Positions 49,145-60,092 of a DNA stretch of 64,000 nt are shown here, one piece after another. This DNA comes from Magnetococcales bacterium (GTDB lineage Bacteria > Pseudomonadota > Magnetococcia > Magnetococcales > Magnetaquicoccaceae), in NCBI GenBank assembly GCA_015232245.1, contig JADGAB010000001.1:1388-65387 (forward strand). Reading direction: 5' to 3'. The notes beneath the pieces are model-generated. The model was given only the letters and a program-made list of their open reading frames with translations, had not been told where the DNA came from and searched no databases. Each line of letters starts with the position of its first letter. Position 1 is the first letter of the stretch. The position numbers and the translations under genes are program-made.

Positions 49145-51775
49145 ATGACCACCCGAACCGATGACACCCTGGATCTCAACGATTGGCTGCATCAGGGGTT
49201 GAGTGAGGAGGAGGCGGTCAGACGTTTGCAAGCCAACGGATACAATGAGCTGCCTTCCAGTCGGGGTCACAACCTTTTGGAGGTGGTTCTGGAGGTGTTG
49301 CGGGAACCCATGTTCCTGATGTTGCTGGCCTGCGGCGTGATCTATTTTTTCATGGGACGGGAGCACTGGGGAGATGCCCTGATCCTGATGGGATTTGTCG
49401 TATTGATCATCGGGATCACGGTGGTGCAGGAGTGGCGAACCGAAAAGGCGCTCACCGCCTTGAAGGATCTCTCCTCTCCGCGCAGTCTGGTGTTGCGGGA
49501 CGGGCGGAGGCGGCGGATAGCGGGACGGGAAGTGGTGGCGGGAGATTTGATGTGGGTTGTGGAAGGGGATCGGATTCCTGCGGACGCGGTGGTCAGACAG
49601 GCGCTCAATCTGACGGTGGACGAATCCCTGCTGACCGGCGAGGCGATGCCGGTGCGCAAGGGGGCAACGGATGGTCGTGTGGAGCGGATCCGTCCCGGGG
49701 GTGAGGATTTGCCGTTTCTGTTTTCCGGCACTCTGGTGACCCAGGGGCAGGGGGTGGCGGAAGTGGTGGCCACCGGGAAGGGCACCGAATTGGGCAAAAT
49801 CGGCCAATCCTTGATGGAACTCTCTTCGGAGAACACCCCGTTGCAGAGGGAGACCGGGCGGCTGGTGACCCTCATGGCCATGGTGGGATTGACTTTGTGT
49901 GTTGTACTGGTTGTGGTGTACGGCCTGTCAAGAGGCAACACCCCGGCGGCCTGGCAGCAGGGGGTGCTGGCGGGGATCGCCACGGCCATGGCTGTTCTGC
50001 CTGAGGAGTTTCCGGTCATTCTGACCATTTTTCTGGCCTTCGGAGCCTGGCGCATCGCGCAGAAACAGGTGCTGACCCGTCGCATGCCCGCCATCGAGAC
50101 GCTGGGCGCGGCCACGGTGTTGTGTGTGGACAAGACCGGCACCCTGACGCAGAATCGCATGACGGTGCGGCAGTTGTGGAGCTGGCAGACCGGCGAAACC
50201 TGTGATTGCGCTGTGGCGGAACAGCAGGATCTGCCCGAGGCGTTCCATATCCTGATCGAATACGCCATTCTGGCCAGCAGGCAGGATCCTTTCGATCCCA
50301 TGGAGAAGGCTCTGCAGGCTCTGGGCGCATCCAGGCTGGAGGGGACCGAACATCTGCATCCCGATTGGCGATTGCTGCGCGAATATCCCCTCTCCCGCAA
50401 GCTGCTGGCGCTCTCCCAGGTGTGGCGGACCGCCGATTGGCAACAGCGGGTGGTGGCGGCCAAGGGTGCGCCGGAGGCCATTGCCGATCTGTGCCATTTG
50501 AGCGATGCCGAGCGGGAGGTGTTGGATCGGCAGGTGGTGGCCATGGCGGCCCAGGGTTTGCGCATGCTGGGCGTGGCCAGGAGTGTTCTGCCGGCTCAAG
50601 GGGCGTTGCCTGAGGATCAGCACACTCTGGATTTTGAACTACTCGGCGTGGTGGGGTGGGAGGATCCTTTGCGACCCACGGTTCCGGCGGCCATTGCCGA
50701 GTGTTACCGGGCCGGCATTCGGGTGATCATGATCACCGGGGACTATCCGGGTACCGCCGTTCACATCGCCCGTCAGGCAGGCATGACGGACACCCGCGAG
50801 GTGATCACCGGAGGAGAACTGGTCGCCATGGATGATGCGACCCTGGCGGAACGGATTGCCCGGGTCAACATCTTCGCCCGGGTGGTGCCGGAGCAGAAAT
50901 TGCGGATTGTCCTGGCGTTGCGGGCCATCGGTCAGGTCGTGGCCATGACCGGGGACGGAGTGAATGACGCTCCGGCCCTCAAGGCGGCTCATATCGGCAT
51001 CGCCATGGGGGGGCGGGGCACCGATGTGGCCCGAGAGGCGGCGGATCTGGTGCTGCTGGACGATGATTTCGCCTCCATCGTGCGCGCCGTGCGTCTGGGT
51101 CGGCGGATCTACGACAATATCCGCAAGGCGATTGCCTATGTGCTGGCCGTGCATGTCCCGATTGTCGGGCTGGCCATGACCCCGATTCTGCTGCTGGACA
51201 TGCCATTGTTGCTGTTGCCGGTGCATATCGTCTTTCTGGAGATGATCATCGATCCGGCCTGCTCCATTATTTTCGAGGCCGAACCGGAGGAGCCGGGCAT
51301 CATGGAGCGTCCCCCCCGCTCTCCGGATGAGCGTCTGTTTGGTCTGTCATCCATCGGATTGAGCCTGTTGCAGGGGGTGGTGGTGCTGGGGGTGTTGTGG
51401 ACCATCCTGGGGTTGGGGTACGCCTGGGGACACTCGGAAAACGCGGTGCGGGCGGGAGTGTTCACCACCATGGTGGTGGCCAATCTGTTTCTCATCCTGA
51501 CCAATCGTTCCTGGCAGCGCACCCTGATTGCCATCCTGCGGGTTCCCAATCCGGCCATGGTATGGGTCGTCGGAAGCGTGGCGCTGTTTTTGACGCTGGT
51601 GCTGACGCTTCCCTTCCTGTCGGAACTGTTCCACTTCGATCCCATGCATGGCCCGGATCTGCTGGCCTGTCTGGTGGCCGGAGTCGTGGCGATCCTTTGG
51701 TTCGAACTGCTCAAGGCGGTGCGGGGCGAAAGGCTCCGCTTTCCCGGCATCCGTGCCTTGCCGGCCAAATTCTGA
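49145..51775 (+). CDS. P-type cation-transporting ATPase (type II, probably Ca2+)
   Basis: DESLLTGEA, PEEF, DKTGTLT, KGAPE, MITGD, TGDGVNDAPALK. Confidence 0.95.
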   Translation: MTTRTDDTLDLNDWLHQGLSEEEAVRRLQANGYNELPSSRGHNLLEVVLEVLREPMFLMLLACGVIYFFMGREHWGDALILMGFVVLIIGITVVQEWRTEKALTALKDLSSPRSLVLRDGRRRRIAGREVVAGDLMWVVEGDRIPADAVVRQALNLTVDESLLTGEAMPVRKGATDGRVERIRPGGEDLPFLFSGTLVTQGQGVAEVVATGKGTELGKIGQSLMELSSENTPLQRETGRLVTLMAMVGLTLCVVLVVVYGLSRGNTPAAWQQGVLAGIATAMAVLPEEFPVILTIFLAFGAWRIAQKQVLTRRMPAIETLGAATVLCVDKTGTLTQNRMTVRQLWSWQTGETCDCAVAEQQDLPEAFHILIEYAILASRQDPFDPMEKALQALGASRLEGTEHLHPDWRLLREYPLSRKLLALSQVWRTADWQQRVVAAKGAPEAIADLCHLSDAEREVLDRQVVAMAAQGLRMLGVARSVLPAQGALPEDQHTLDFELLGVVGWEDPLRPTVPAAIAECYRAGIRVIMITGDYPGTAVHIARQAGMTDTREVITGGELVAMDDATLAERIARVNIFARVVPEQKLRIVLALRAIGQVVAMTGDGVNDAPALKAAHIGIAMGGRGTDVAREAADLVLLDDDFASIVRAVRLGRRIYDNIRKAIAYVLAVHVPIVGLAMTPILLLDMPLLLLPVHIVFLEMIIDPACSIIFEAEPEEPGIMERPPRSPDERLFGLSSIGLSLLQGVVVLGVLWTILGLGYAWGHSENAVRAGVFTTMVVANLFLILTNRSWQRTLIAILRVPNPAMVWVVGSVALFLTLVLTLPFLSELFHFDPMHGPDLLACLVAGVVAILWFELLKAVRGERLRFPGIRALPAKF

Positions 51776-52037
51776 CTTCTCCCACGGAAGGGCTTCGGCC
51801 ATTGCGTGTTTTTTCTAAAAATAACAATAAAAATATGTATAATTTGTTGGCCAGCATTAGCATGCTTTGTGGTTCTCCATGAATTTTGCAATATACTCAG
51901 TTTGCCATTGAAAATGAGTCGCAATTCCAGTTAACATATGGTCATGAACAAGGGAGAAGCATTTTGCCATAGGAGAAGGTGACAGCATTCCAGGAAAGGG
52001 ATGCGGACTTCCGACTCCGATTTCAGGGATATCGAGG

Positions 52038-53669
52038 ATGTGGGCGATGCAGAAAATCCGTCTGAGAGTCTTGGTTCTGGGTTCGTTTTTGCTGGTGGTG
52101 GGCATGTTCGGGGTGTTGGTGGCCTATCAGATCCATGCCATGTCGGTGCTGGCCAACAGTCAGGACAAGGGCGCTGAACATTTCAAGCAGGCCATTGCCA
52201 TGCTGGAGGTGAGTCAACGCGCTGAACGGGTTTACACGGTGGCGGCGGATGCGGCGATCAACCGCAATCTGGAGGAGTCGCGGACGCAGCTCAAAGAGGT
52301 GGCTGCCCAGGCGGAGAAGGATCTGACCAAGGTTGCCAGCATTGCGGATACGGAGGTGAAGCGGCTCCAGTCTGCCAAACTGGCGCCCATGTACAAAAAA
52401 TACATCTCCACCATCGGGGAGGAGTACTTCGCCATCGTGGAGGCCTTGAATCGGGGCGAAGCGGATGCCGAGGAGAAGCTGCGTCGTCTGGATGGGGAGG
52501 TGGACGGGTTGCGCAACGGGGTTTTGGAAGTGCTGGCGTCCATCTCCACCGCGTTGATCGCCGAGGCGGAAGTGGCGGACGCCGGATTCGACGCGGCCAG
52601 AGGCGAGGCGGTTCGCTGGTCGATCGGGGTGTTGCTGTGTGTCCTGCTGGTGGCGCTGGCGCTGGCCATGGTCATCACCCGCATGATTTTGCAGCAGGTG
52701 GGTGGAGAGCCCCGGATGATTGCCGAATTGGCCCGGCAGGTGGCCGAGGGGGATCTGGCTGTGGTGTTCGATCCTGCCCGTCAGGTCAGCGGCATCGCTT
52801 TGGCCCTTCAGAGCATGGTGGAGAAGTTGCGGGAGATCATCGGGGAGGTGTCGCTGGCCGTCGAACAGGTGGCCATCAGCAGCAGCGCGGTTTCGGATAC
52901 TGCCCAGGGGTTGTCCCTGGGGGCGGCGGAACAGGCGTTTTCGGTGGAGTCTACGATGACGTCCATGGATGCACTGACCAACAGTTGTCAAGCGAACGCC
53001 GACAGTTCCGGCATGATCCAAACCATCGCCTTGAAGGCGGCCCAGGATGCGGCCAAAGGCGGGGAGGCGGTGGATCAGTCGGTTTCCGCCATGAAGGAGA
53101 TCGCCGCCCGGATCGGCATCATCGAGGAGATCGCCCGGCAGACCAATCTGTTGGCCTTGAATGCCGCCATCGAGGCGGCCCGGGCCGGGGAGCATGGCAA
53201 GGGATTCGCCGTGGTGGCCGCCGAAGTGAGAAAATTGGCGGAACGGAGTCAAACCGCAGCCGGAGAGATCAGTCACCTCTCCGCGTCGAGCGTGGGAATC
53301 TCCGAGCAGGCCGGATTGATCATCGGCAAACTGGTGCCGGACATCCAGGAGACGGCTGAGCGCATCCAGAGAATGTCGGATGGCAATCGGAATCAGCGGG
53401 AAGGGATGGCCGGGATCACCCAGTCCGTGCGCCAGTTGGATCAGGTGATTCAGAAAAACGCCGCATCCTCCGAGGAGTTGGCGGCAACCGCGGAAGAGTT
53501 GAACGCCCAGGCGGATATGATGCATCACGCCATCAACTATTTCACCCTGACCCGGACGGATGAACGCGTCGGGAGAGCAGAGCCCCGGAACTTGACCTCC
53601 GGACCCATCCGGGGGGGGCGGTCCTCCAACCCGATGCTGTTGCCTGCCCCGGCGGGAGAATGGACCTGA
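52038..53669 (+). CDS. Methyl-accepting chemotaxis protein (four-helix sensor, HAMP, MA)
   Basis: Two TMs; GGEP; [40 protein letters not shown]. Confidence 0.95.
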   Translation: MWAMQKIRLRVLVLGSFLLVVGMFGVLVAYQIHAMSVLANSQDKGAEHFKQAIAMLEVSQRAERVYTVAADAAINRNLEESRTQLKEVAAQAEKDLTKVASIADTEVKRLQSAKLAPMYKKYISTIGEEYFAIVEALNRGEADAEEKLRRLDGEVDGLRNGVLEVLASISTALIAEAEVADAGFDAARGEAVRWSIGVLLCVLLVALALAMVITRMILQQVGGEPRMIAELARQVAEGDLAVVFDPARQVSGIALALQSMVEKLREIIGEVSLAVEQVAISSSAVSDTAQGLSLGAAEQAFSVESTMTSMDALTNSCQANADSSGMIQTIALKAAQDAAKGGEAVDQSVSAMKEIAARIGIIEEIARQTNLLALNAAIEAARAGEHGKGFAVVAAEVRKLAERSQTAAGEISHLSASSVGISEQAGLIIGKLVPDIQETAERIQRMSDGNRNQREGMAGITQSVRQLDQVIQKNAASSEELAATAEELNAQADMMHHAINYFTLTRTDERVGRAEPRNLTSGPIRGGRSSNPMLLPAPAGEWT

Positions 53670-53861
53670 ACCAGTGTGGTGCGGGAGTGACTTGCCAGGG
53701 GGGTGTTTGCTTGAACTTCAGCCGCACTTTCCACCCTGGCGTTTCATCCCTATACTGCGGATCTTTGAACGAAGAGGAGACCAATGACGGCAGGCCAAAA
53801 GCATCGGACACAGCTACATGTCCGGTGCTTGCGGTTTTGAACACGGGAGCCTTTTTTCAGC

Positions 53862-54977
53862 ATGGGCAAGGGGCAGCAACAACCGGTTCTCCAGGACTGG
53901 TCGGGTGCAAGACGCCAACGGCGTCAGAAGCGCAGCGTTGCCGGACAAACCCTTTTTGACGGAAAGGGGTTCTCTCCAGGCCGGGGTGGGTTGTGGCATT
54001 TTTTTCTGTGGATGGTGTGTCTGATGGCCATGCTGATCCCTGACACTCTGCTGGCGGATGAGCCGCCGATCAGTCACGAGGTGTTGTGTCGCAAGAAGCC
54101 CCACTGTCATACCACCCTCATGGCCCGTCTGACCAATGCGCCGTTTCCCTTTGAGGGCAGGTCCGCGGACGGCAGTCGACCTTTCTTCGACCGAATCGAT
54201 CCAGAAACCGGTCAGCGTCTCCATTCGGTAAGCGATGAGGTCGCCTACCCGGAGTTCCCCCATTATCAGGACAACCGGGTGCTGATTCATCTGCCTCCCC
54301 ATTTCAAGCCAAAGGCCCCTTTGGAGATCCTGGTGTTTCTGCATGGCCACAATGCCGAGCTCAACCGTACCCTGGTGGAGGAGATGGCCCTGTTGCAGCA
54401 GGTGAATGCCGCCAAACGCAATCTGGTGCTGGTGGCGCCCCAAATGGTTCTGGATGGGGCAGACTCCAGTCCGGGCAAGCTGGGTCGTCCCAAGGGGCTG
54501 GAGAACCTGCTCAAAGAGGTCTCCCGGTTGTTGGGGAAGAAAATGGGCCGACGTTTCGCCGACCGGTTCGACCGGGCGCCGGTGATCCTGGCGGCCTACA
54601 GCGGCGGGTACCGGGCAACCGCCATGATTCTGGACAAAGGCTTCGCCGAAAAAAAACGACGCGACAAGCGGTTGCGGGGGGTGATTCTGGTGGATGCGGT
54701 CTACAGCGACTCCGACAAGTTTCTCACCTGGTTGCGCCAGCCGAAAAGACGGGGATTTTTTGTCAATCTGTACGGCCCCTCCAGCGCGCCCCTCTCGAAG
54801 CAACTGGAAGAGGAGTTCAAGAAATTCGGTCTGTCATGGTCAGATGGGCTCAAAGGCAGGATCAAGTCCGGCAACATCCTCTCGTTGTCTGTGGAGACCC
54901 ATCACAAATCGATCTTTCAGGCCGGTCCTCCCCATTGGCCACTGGCGGAGATTCTCAACAAGGTGGCGGTCCGCTGA
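53862..54977 (+). CDS. Exported alpha/beta-fold hydrolase
   Basis: VFLHGH oxyanion motif; AAYSGGY nucleophile elbow; LVDA; start uncertain. Confidence 0.7.
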   Translation: MGKGQQQPVLQDWSGARRQRRQKRSVAGQTLFDGKGFSPGRGGLWHFFLWMVCLMAMLIPDTLLADEPPISHEVLCRKKPHCHTTLMARLTNAPFPFEGRSADGSRPFFDRIDPETGQRLHSVSDEVAYPEFPHYQDNRVLIHLPPHFKPKAPLEILVFLHGHNAELNRTLVEEMALLQQVNAAKRNLVLVAPQMVLDGADSSPGKLGRPKGLENLLKEVSRLLGKKMGRRFADRFDRAPVILAAYSGGYRATAMILDKGFAEKKRRDKRLRGVILVDAVYSDSDKFLTWLRQPKRRGFFVNLYGPSSAPLSKQLEEEFKKFGLSWSDGLKGRIKSGNILSLSVETHHKSIFQAGPPHWPLAEILNKVAVR

Positions 54978-54999
54978 CGCCTGCGGGCAGGATCCGTTT

Positions 55000-57489
55000 T
55001 TATCGGGCGCCGGCTTCCAGTGTGTCCACTCCGGGAAGAAAGAGTTGATCAAGCTGTGCAAACAGCTCTTTGCGCAACTCGTTGAACTGTTCCACCTTGC
55101 CAAGCGCCTCGTCGCGCATGCGCTGATACTGCTGCGCCCCCGTCTCTTTCGGCTGATCTGTGGTCATATCCGTGTAGTTCAGGCTGTTTGAGGTATGCTC
55201 CGGAACGATTCCCCCTCCCTGTTGAAGCAAAACGATCACCTCGCGGGCCAGGGCGTGGATTCGGGCATGGGTGGTGCCCAGTTGCGCGAACATCGGCAAT
55301 CGACTCAACGGATTGTCTTTTTGTTGATCATACCATTGTCCCAGGGCGCAGGCGTGATGATCGGTCACCTCTTCGGCGCGCATCACCTCCTTGCCCCACA
55401 CCACGTTTTCCAGGGTGCCCAGCCAGGCCAGATGCACGGCTTTCAAGTGGGTGAGATCCACAAAGGAGTTCCCGATCTTGAGATGGGCCACGGATTGCCG
55501 CAGGGTGTCGGAGGACTCCTTGATCACCTCGGCCAGTTGACCGGTGTGATGGGCCGAACCGTTGGCGAAACTGGCCAGATGAAGCAGTTGCAAGGTTTTT
55601 TTCTGCACCAGGGCGGCATTGGCCAGCACATTGCCTGACAGTTGACGCACCTCTTCGGTCTTGAACAGCGCCCCGGAACTGCAATGGGTGGCTTCGGCGG
55701 CGTGGCTGGAGGCCTGTTCCACCTCTGAGGCGATCATGGCGGTACTTTTGGCCCCTTCCTGCACCAGTTGGCTGACATCCAGGGCGCTGGAGGCGATCTC
55801 GTTGGCCTGCCGGGTCACATTGCCTGTGGCGGATCGCACCATGGCCATGGACCGGGCAATCTCTCCCACCGCCTGATTCTGTTCCGTGACTGCCTGGTTG
55901 ATCTCCTGATTGTTCTGATCGATGGTGCCTACGCTGTCGGACATCTGTTGGAAACTTTCTGTGACCCGCTGGCTGTTCTTGCGGGTTTTTTCAATCAGGG
56001 AGGCGATCATGCGGGTGGCGTCATTGGTTTTTTTGGCCAGATCCTTGACCTCGTTGGCCACCACGGCAAAGCCGACGCCCGCCTCTCCTGCGCCCGCCGC
56101 CTCGATGGCGGCGTTCAGGGCCAGCAGGGTGGTCTTGTCGGCGATGTTCTTGATGGTGGAGACCATTTTCTGGATCTCCTGAATGGAGGATTCCAGATCT
56201 TGCATCACCCCCTGGTTGGCCGTCACCCGCTGACGCACCTGGGTGGACTCCCGGGCGGCCCGCTGACAGTGGTTTTGCACACCCGCCAACGAGGCGGTCA
56301 TCTCCTCGATTGCCGCCGCCACCACGTTGACCGAATCATCCACCATGGCGATGCTCTGGTTGACCATGGTGACGTTGCGGCTCATCTCCTCTGCGGAAGC
56401 GGCCACCGAGGTCATGTTGGCGCTGGCGTTGGCCGCGCCCATGGCCATGGCGCGGATGTTCTCCTCCATTTTCTTGACTGCCCGGGCAGAGGTTTCCACG
56501 TCCAGACTGGCTTCGATGGCTTTGCAACTGACGCCATTGGTATCGTTGTGCAACGCGCTGTTCTCCTCCAGCACAGCCCTGGCCAGTGTCAGCGAGTTGG
56601 CCGCGTCGCCGCTCAGATTCTGTCGCACGGTGATCAGTTCTCGGGTGACGGCCACATTGGTATCCGATTGAATCGTGATCATGCGCACGGTATGCAACAG
56701 TCCCTGTTGCAGATCCAGCACCGAGGCCATCAAACCCTCGGGTTTGCCGTGAGGATTGTCCACGCGGGCGGTCAACTCCCCCTTGGCCAGACGGTCCAGA
56801 AAATCGGCGATATTTTGTGGTTCCCCGCCGAGTTGCCGCAGAATGGAGCGGGCGATGTACCAGACCCCCGCCACGGAAATGAGCAGGGCGATGCCCATCA
56901 GTCCCAGCAATCCGCTCCGGAGCAGAGAGATCCGGTCGATGGCCAGTTCCATGTGGTTGAAGACAGCGTTTTTCTGTTCTTCGACAAAGGGGAGCAGCAC
57001 CTCCTGCATGGCGCTGGACTCCTTGTCGAAGTTCTCCATGTAGCGGTTGCCACCCGAGGCCCCTTCGTCGATATAGGCGGCTGCCATGATCTTGCCCATG
57101 GCGTAAAAGGCGTCCACCCGCTCCCGAAGTTTGCGCAGAATCTCATCGGCGAGGGCATTTCCGCGCAACAGGCGGGCCATGTCCGACAACCCGGAGAGGA
57201 ATGCCTGATAATTCTCTTCGGCCTGCTTGTAACCGTCATCCAGTCCGTCTTGCCCCCGGGTGGCGGAGATGTCTGTGAGCCACTGTTGAATCTGAATCAC
57301 GTTCTGCTGCATCCGCAGCGCCAGCACCGCGGCGTCCAGACGACGATGGCGCACATCCAGCATGCCATCCCGGGTGGTGTCGCTCACCCACCAGGACCAT
57401 CCTCCCAGAATCAGCAAAAAGCAGACAGGGATCGCCAAAGCCAGGGCAATCCTGGTGGCCACCTTGGCTTTCATCAACGCATGCAACAT
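55000..57489 (-). CDS. Methyl-accepting chemotaxis protein with C-terminal CZB domain
   Basis: QIQQWLTDISATRG sensor; LGGEP; [17 protein letters not shown]; HLAW, HHACALGQWY, HARIH. Confidence 0.92.
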   Translation of the reverse strand: MLHALMKAKVATRIALALAIPVCFLLILGGWSWWVSDTTRDGMLDVRHRRLDAAVLALRMQQNVIQIQQWLTDISATRGQDGLDDGYKQAEENYQAFLSGLSDMARLLRGNALADEILRKLRERVDAFYAMGKIMAAAYIDEGASGGNRYMENFDKESSAMQEVLLPFVEEQKNAVFNHMELAIDRISLLRSGLLGLMGIALLISVAGVWYIARSILRQLGGEPQNIADFLDRLAKGELTARVDNPHGKPEGLMASVLDLQQGLLHTVRMITIQSDTNVAVTRELITVRQNLSGDAANSLTLARAVLEENSALHNDTNGVSCKAIEASLDVETSARAVKKMEENIRAMAMGAANASANMTSVAASAEEMSRNVTMVNQSIAMVDDSVNVVAAAIEEMTASLAGVQNHCQRAARESTQVRQRVTANQGVMQDLESSIQEIQKMVSTIKNIADKTTLLALNAAIEAAGAGEAGVGFAVVANEVKDLAKKTNDATRMIASLIEKTRKNSQRVTESFQQMSDSVGTIDQNNQEINQAVTEQNQAVGEIARSMAMVRSATGNVTRQANEIASSALDVSQLVQEGAKSTAMIASEVEQASSHAAEATHCSSGALFKTEEVRQLSGNVLANAALVQKKTLQLLHLASFANGSAHHTGQLAEVIKESSDTLRQSVAHLKIGNSFVDLTHLKAVHLAWLGTLENVVWGKEVMRAEEVTDHHACALGQWYDQQKDNPLSRLPMFAQLGTTHARIHALAREVIVLLQQGGGIVPEHTSNSLNYTDMTTDQPKETGAQQYQRMRDEALGKVEQFNELRKELFAQLDQLFLPGVDTLEAGAR

Positions 57490-57516
57490 GGGCAACGCCT
57501 TTCCGGAATGCGATTT

Positions 57517-57530
57517 TTGATATAGATCAA
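57517..57530. promoter_or_regulatory. Perfect FNR/FixK-type box
   Basis: TTGAT-ATAG-ATCAA in the divergent MCP / radical SAM intergenic region. Confidence 0.65.
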
Positions 57531-57823
57531 TTTATTCTAAGGGAGAATCCGTGCAAGGTCCAGAGGTTGCGTTTGCATGGATCGTCGTTGGGAGTGTTGC
57601 CGACAGGCTGGAAATCCAGACATGGCTTTGATACAATCGAATGAGATCAGGGTGAGACTTTCCTGAATATCACACCTGACAAGCAGTGCGAGAAAGCATC
57701 CGAGAGGTAGTGCCGGCTTGTTTGTGATGACATGCGGATGAATTTTCAGGGTATTGGCCCGATCCGGAAAAGTCATGAATGGCAGGCTGGCTGCGGCTCC
57801 CTTGTCAATGAAAGTGATTGCAG

Positions 57824-60088
57824 ATGAATACATTGACCTTTGTCACCTATCTGACCCGGGACATGGAACTCATGCCGGTGGGGCCGTTGACCTTGGCCAC
57901 ATTGGCCCGACAACGGGGCTGGGATGTTTCCATGGTGGATCTGCCCCACGCCGCAGAGGAAGACGCCCTGGTCCAGACTCTGGCCGAACGCACCCTGGTG
58001 GGGTTGAGCACCTTGTGTTCCACCTTTCATCGTTCTTTGCAACTGGCCAGCCGGGTCAAGGCCCTCAATCCGGGTGTCACCGTGGTGATGGGCGGACCAC
58101 AGGCCTCGGCGGTGGCTGGAGTGTTGCTGCAACGCCATGAGTGCGTGGATCTGGTGTTTCAGGGGGAGGCCGAAGAGGGTTGGATCGCGTATCTGGATGG
58201 GACCCCTTTGGCGCAGATTCCGGGTCTGGTCTACCGCTGCGACGGCGCGATTCTGGAGAATCCGGCCCCGCCGCTGCTGATGGATCTGGATCGGCTGCCC
58301 ATGCCCGCCTTTGACCTCTACCGGCCATCGGGCATCAGCGTTCCCTTGGAAACCGGTCGCGGTTGTCCATTCGCCTGCACCTATTGTTCCACCAACGAAT
58401 ACTTCTCTCGTCGTTTCCGGGCCAAGAGTCCTGGGCGGATTCTGGCGGAAATGGATCAACTCAACACCCTGTACGGGGTGCAGACGTTCGATTTCATCGA
58501 GGACTCCTTCACGATCAACCGGCGCAGGATTATCGAATTCTGCACCGCCCTGCATAGGCATCATCGGGCCTATCATTGGCAGATCAGCGCCCGTCCCGAT
58601 CAGGTGGATGCGGAACTCCTGGAGCGGTTGCGGCATGCCGGCTGTCGTGGCATCTATTTCGGCATCGAGACCGGATCCCAGCGGCTGCAAAAGGTGGTGC
58701 GCAAGAATTTGCGGGTGGCCCGGGCCGTGGAGAATATCCTGATGGCCAAACAGTCGGGTCTGTTGGTGACCGTCTCGTTCATCATCGGGTTTCCGGATGA
58801 AACCGAAGAGGATCTGCGGGCCACGTTGCGGGTATTCGGCACACTGGCGACGCAGCCGGAGATGGTGGTCCAGATGCATCTTTTGACTCCGTTGGCCGGA
58901 TCGGCGCTGGTGTCGGCCCATCCGGAGCTGGCCTATGACGGCATGCCCACCGACTTCAACGAAAACGATGCCGGTTGCGATCTGCTCGCCCGGGAGGGGT
59001 TCCGGGGGGAGACCGGATTGTTCCCCCATCGGCACTATTTTGCCAATACCTCCCTGCCCCGATCCCGGTATCTGTTTCTGGCTTACGGGATACGGCTGTG
59101 CGGCTGGTTTTTTCCCAACTTCTTGCAGATGGCGTTCCGCTGGCGCATGGATGACTGGATCGATTATCTGCTGACCACTCCCGTCCCGGTGGAAATGGTC
59201 ACCGATCCCACCTTTCCCGATCCTGTGGAACTCTGGAGCGGTCGGGGTTATGCGGTGTGCGCCGGTTTTGCCCGCAGCGCCGACCTGCCGGGATTGCGTG
59301 AGGTGTTGGCCTATGATTGGGCCTATTGTCGGATCAGTCATCAGGAGGCGGAGTCTTTGGAGGTGATGTTGCCCCGTGTTTTGTCGGGACGCAATCCCGG
59401 GCGTTTGTTGCCGACTTTTCCCAGGGGATTCGATGATCTGGCTCTCTTCACGTTGAGCAGACGGGCATCGGGGATGATCGATGTGGCCATTCGGATGACC
59501 CCGGAGGCGCTCGAAGCCCGCGTTCAAGAGATTTGTGGCAGGTGTGGCGAGTGTTGTCTGGATGAGGACGGGTTGATGTGCGGCGTGGAGGAGTGGGGGA
59601 TCATCGCCGGATTTCTGGAGAGCCATCATCGACCGGTGCCGACCATCACCCCTTCGGCCTGGCAGGGTCTGGTGCTCGAAGGGGGGATCCGTTATCTGGC
59701 TCAACCCCTGGAAGGGGAGAGGAGCATGCACGATACCCAGGAGGAGGCCCGCATGGCGGCGGGAACCCATGGCTGGATCCGGCACGCCTGTGCCCATCTG
59801 GAGATCCAGGGTGAGGGGTATCGCTGCGTCATTCAGGAGGTGAAACCCGCCGAGTGCGTGGCCTATCCTTATCGTCCGGTTGGGGATGGGGGCCGGTACT
59901 GGCATCTGGAACCGGTCAGTGAAAAACCCAGGGGAGGCTGCTCCCTGCAGGGGCTGTTGCAGGAGAAACCTTTATTGCGCAAACAGTATCTGGAATGGGC
60001 GTTGAGTCGGCTGGATCGTCGTTCCGGGGCGAGCGCTCTGGGGTGGATGCACGCGGATGCGTGTGACGATCAGGATCGGCGCGCCTGA
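57824..60088 (+). CDS. B12-binding radical SAM protein fused to C-terminal CxxCxxCC (YkgJ-like) domain
   Basis: VGLS, VVMGGPQAS; ETGRGCPFACTYC; GIETGS; FIIGFPDET; CGRCGECC...CAHL..C.I...KP.EC..YP. Confidence 0.88.
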   Translation: MNTLTFVTYLTRDMELMPVGPLTLATLARQRGWDVSMVDLPHAAEEDALVQTLAERTLVGLSTLCSTFHRSLQLASRVKALNPGVTVVMGGPQASAVAGVLLQRHECVDLVFQGEAEEGWIAYLDGTPLAQIPGLVYRCDGAILENPAPPLLMDLDRLPMPAFDLYRPSGISVPLETGRGCPFACTYCSTNEYFSRRFRAKSPGRILAEMDQLNTLYGVQTFDFIEDSFTINRRRIIEFCTALHRHHRAYHWQISARPDQVDAELLERLRHAGCRGIYFGIETGSQRLQKVVRKNLRVARAVENILMAKQSGLLVTVSFIIGFPDETEEDLRATLRVFGTLATQPEMVVQMHLLTPLAGSALVSAHPELAYDGMPTDFNENDAGCDLLAREGFRGETGLFPHRHYFANTSLPRSRYLFLAYGIRLCGWFFPNFLQMAFRWRMDDWIDYLLTTPVPVEMVTDPTFPDPVELWSGRGYAVCAGFARSADLPGLREVLAYDWAYCRISHQEAESLEVMLPRVLSGRNPGRLLPTFPRGFDDLALFTLSRRASGMIDVAIRMTPEALEARVQEICGRCGECCLDEDGLMCGVEEWGIIAGFLESHHRPVPTITPSAWQGLVLEGGIRYLAQPLEGERSMHDTQEEARMAAGTHGWIRHACAHLEIQGEGYRCVIQEVKPAECVAYPYRPVGDGGRYWHLEPVSEKPRGGCSLQGLLQEKPLLRKQYLEWALSRLDRRSGASALGWMHADACDDQDRRA

Positions 60089-60092
60089 GCCG

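Noticed and set aside
55768-59905. Long ORFs 55768-57525 (+) and 57773-59905 (-)
   Set aside because: Antisense shadows of the MCP and radical SAM genes
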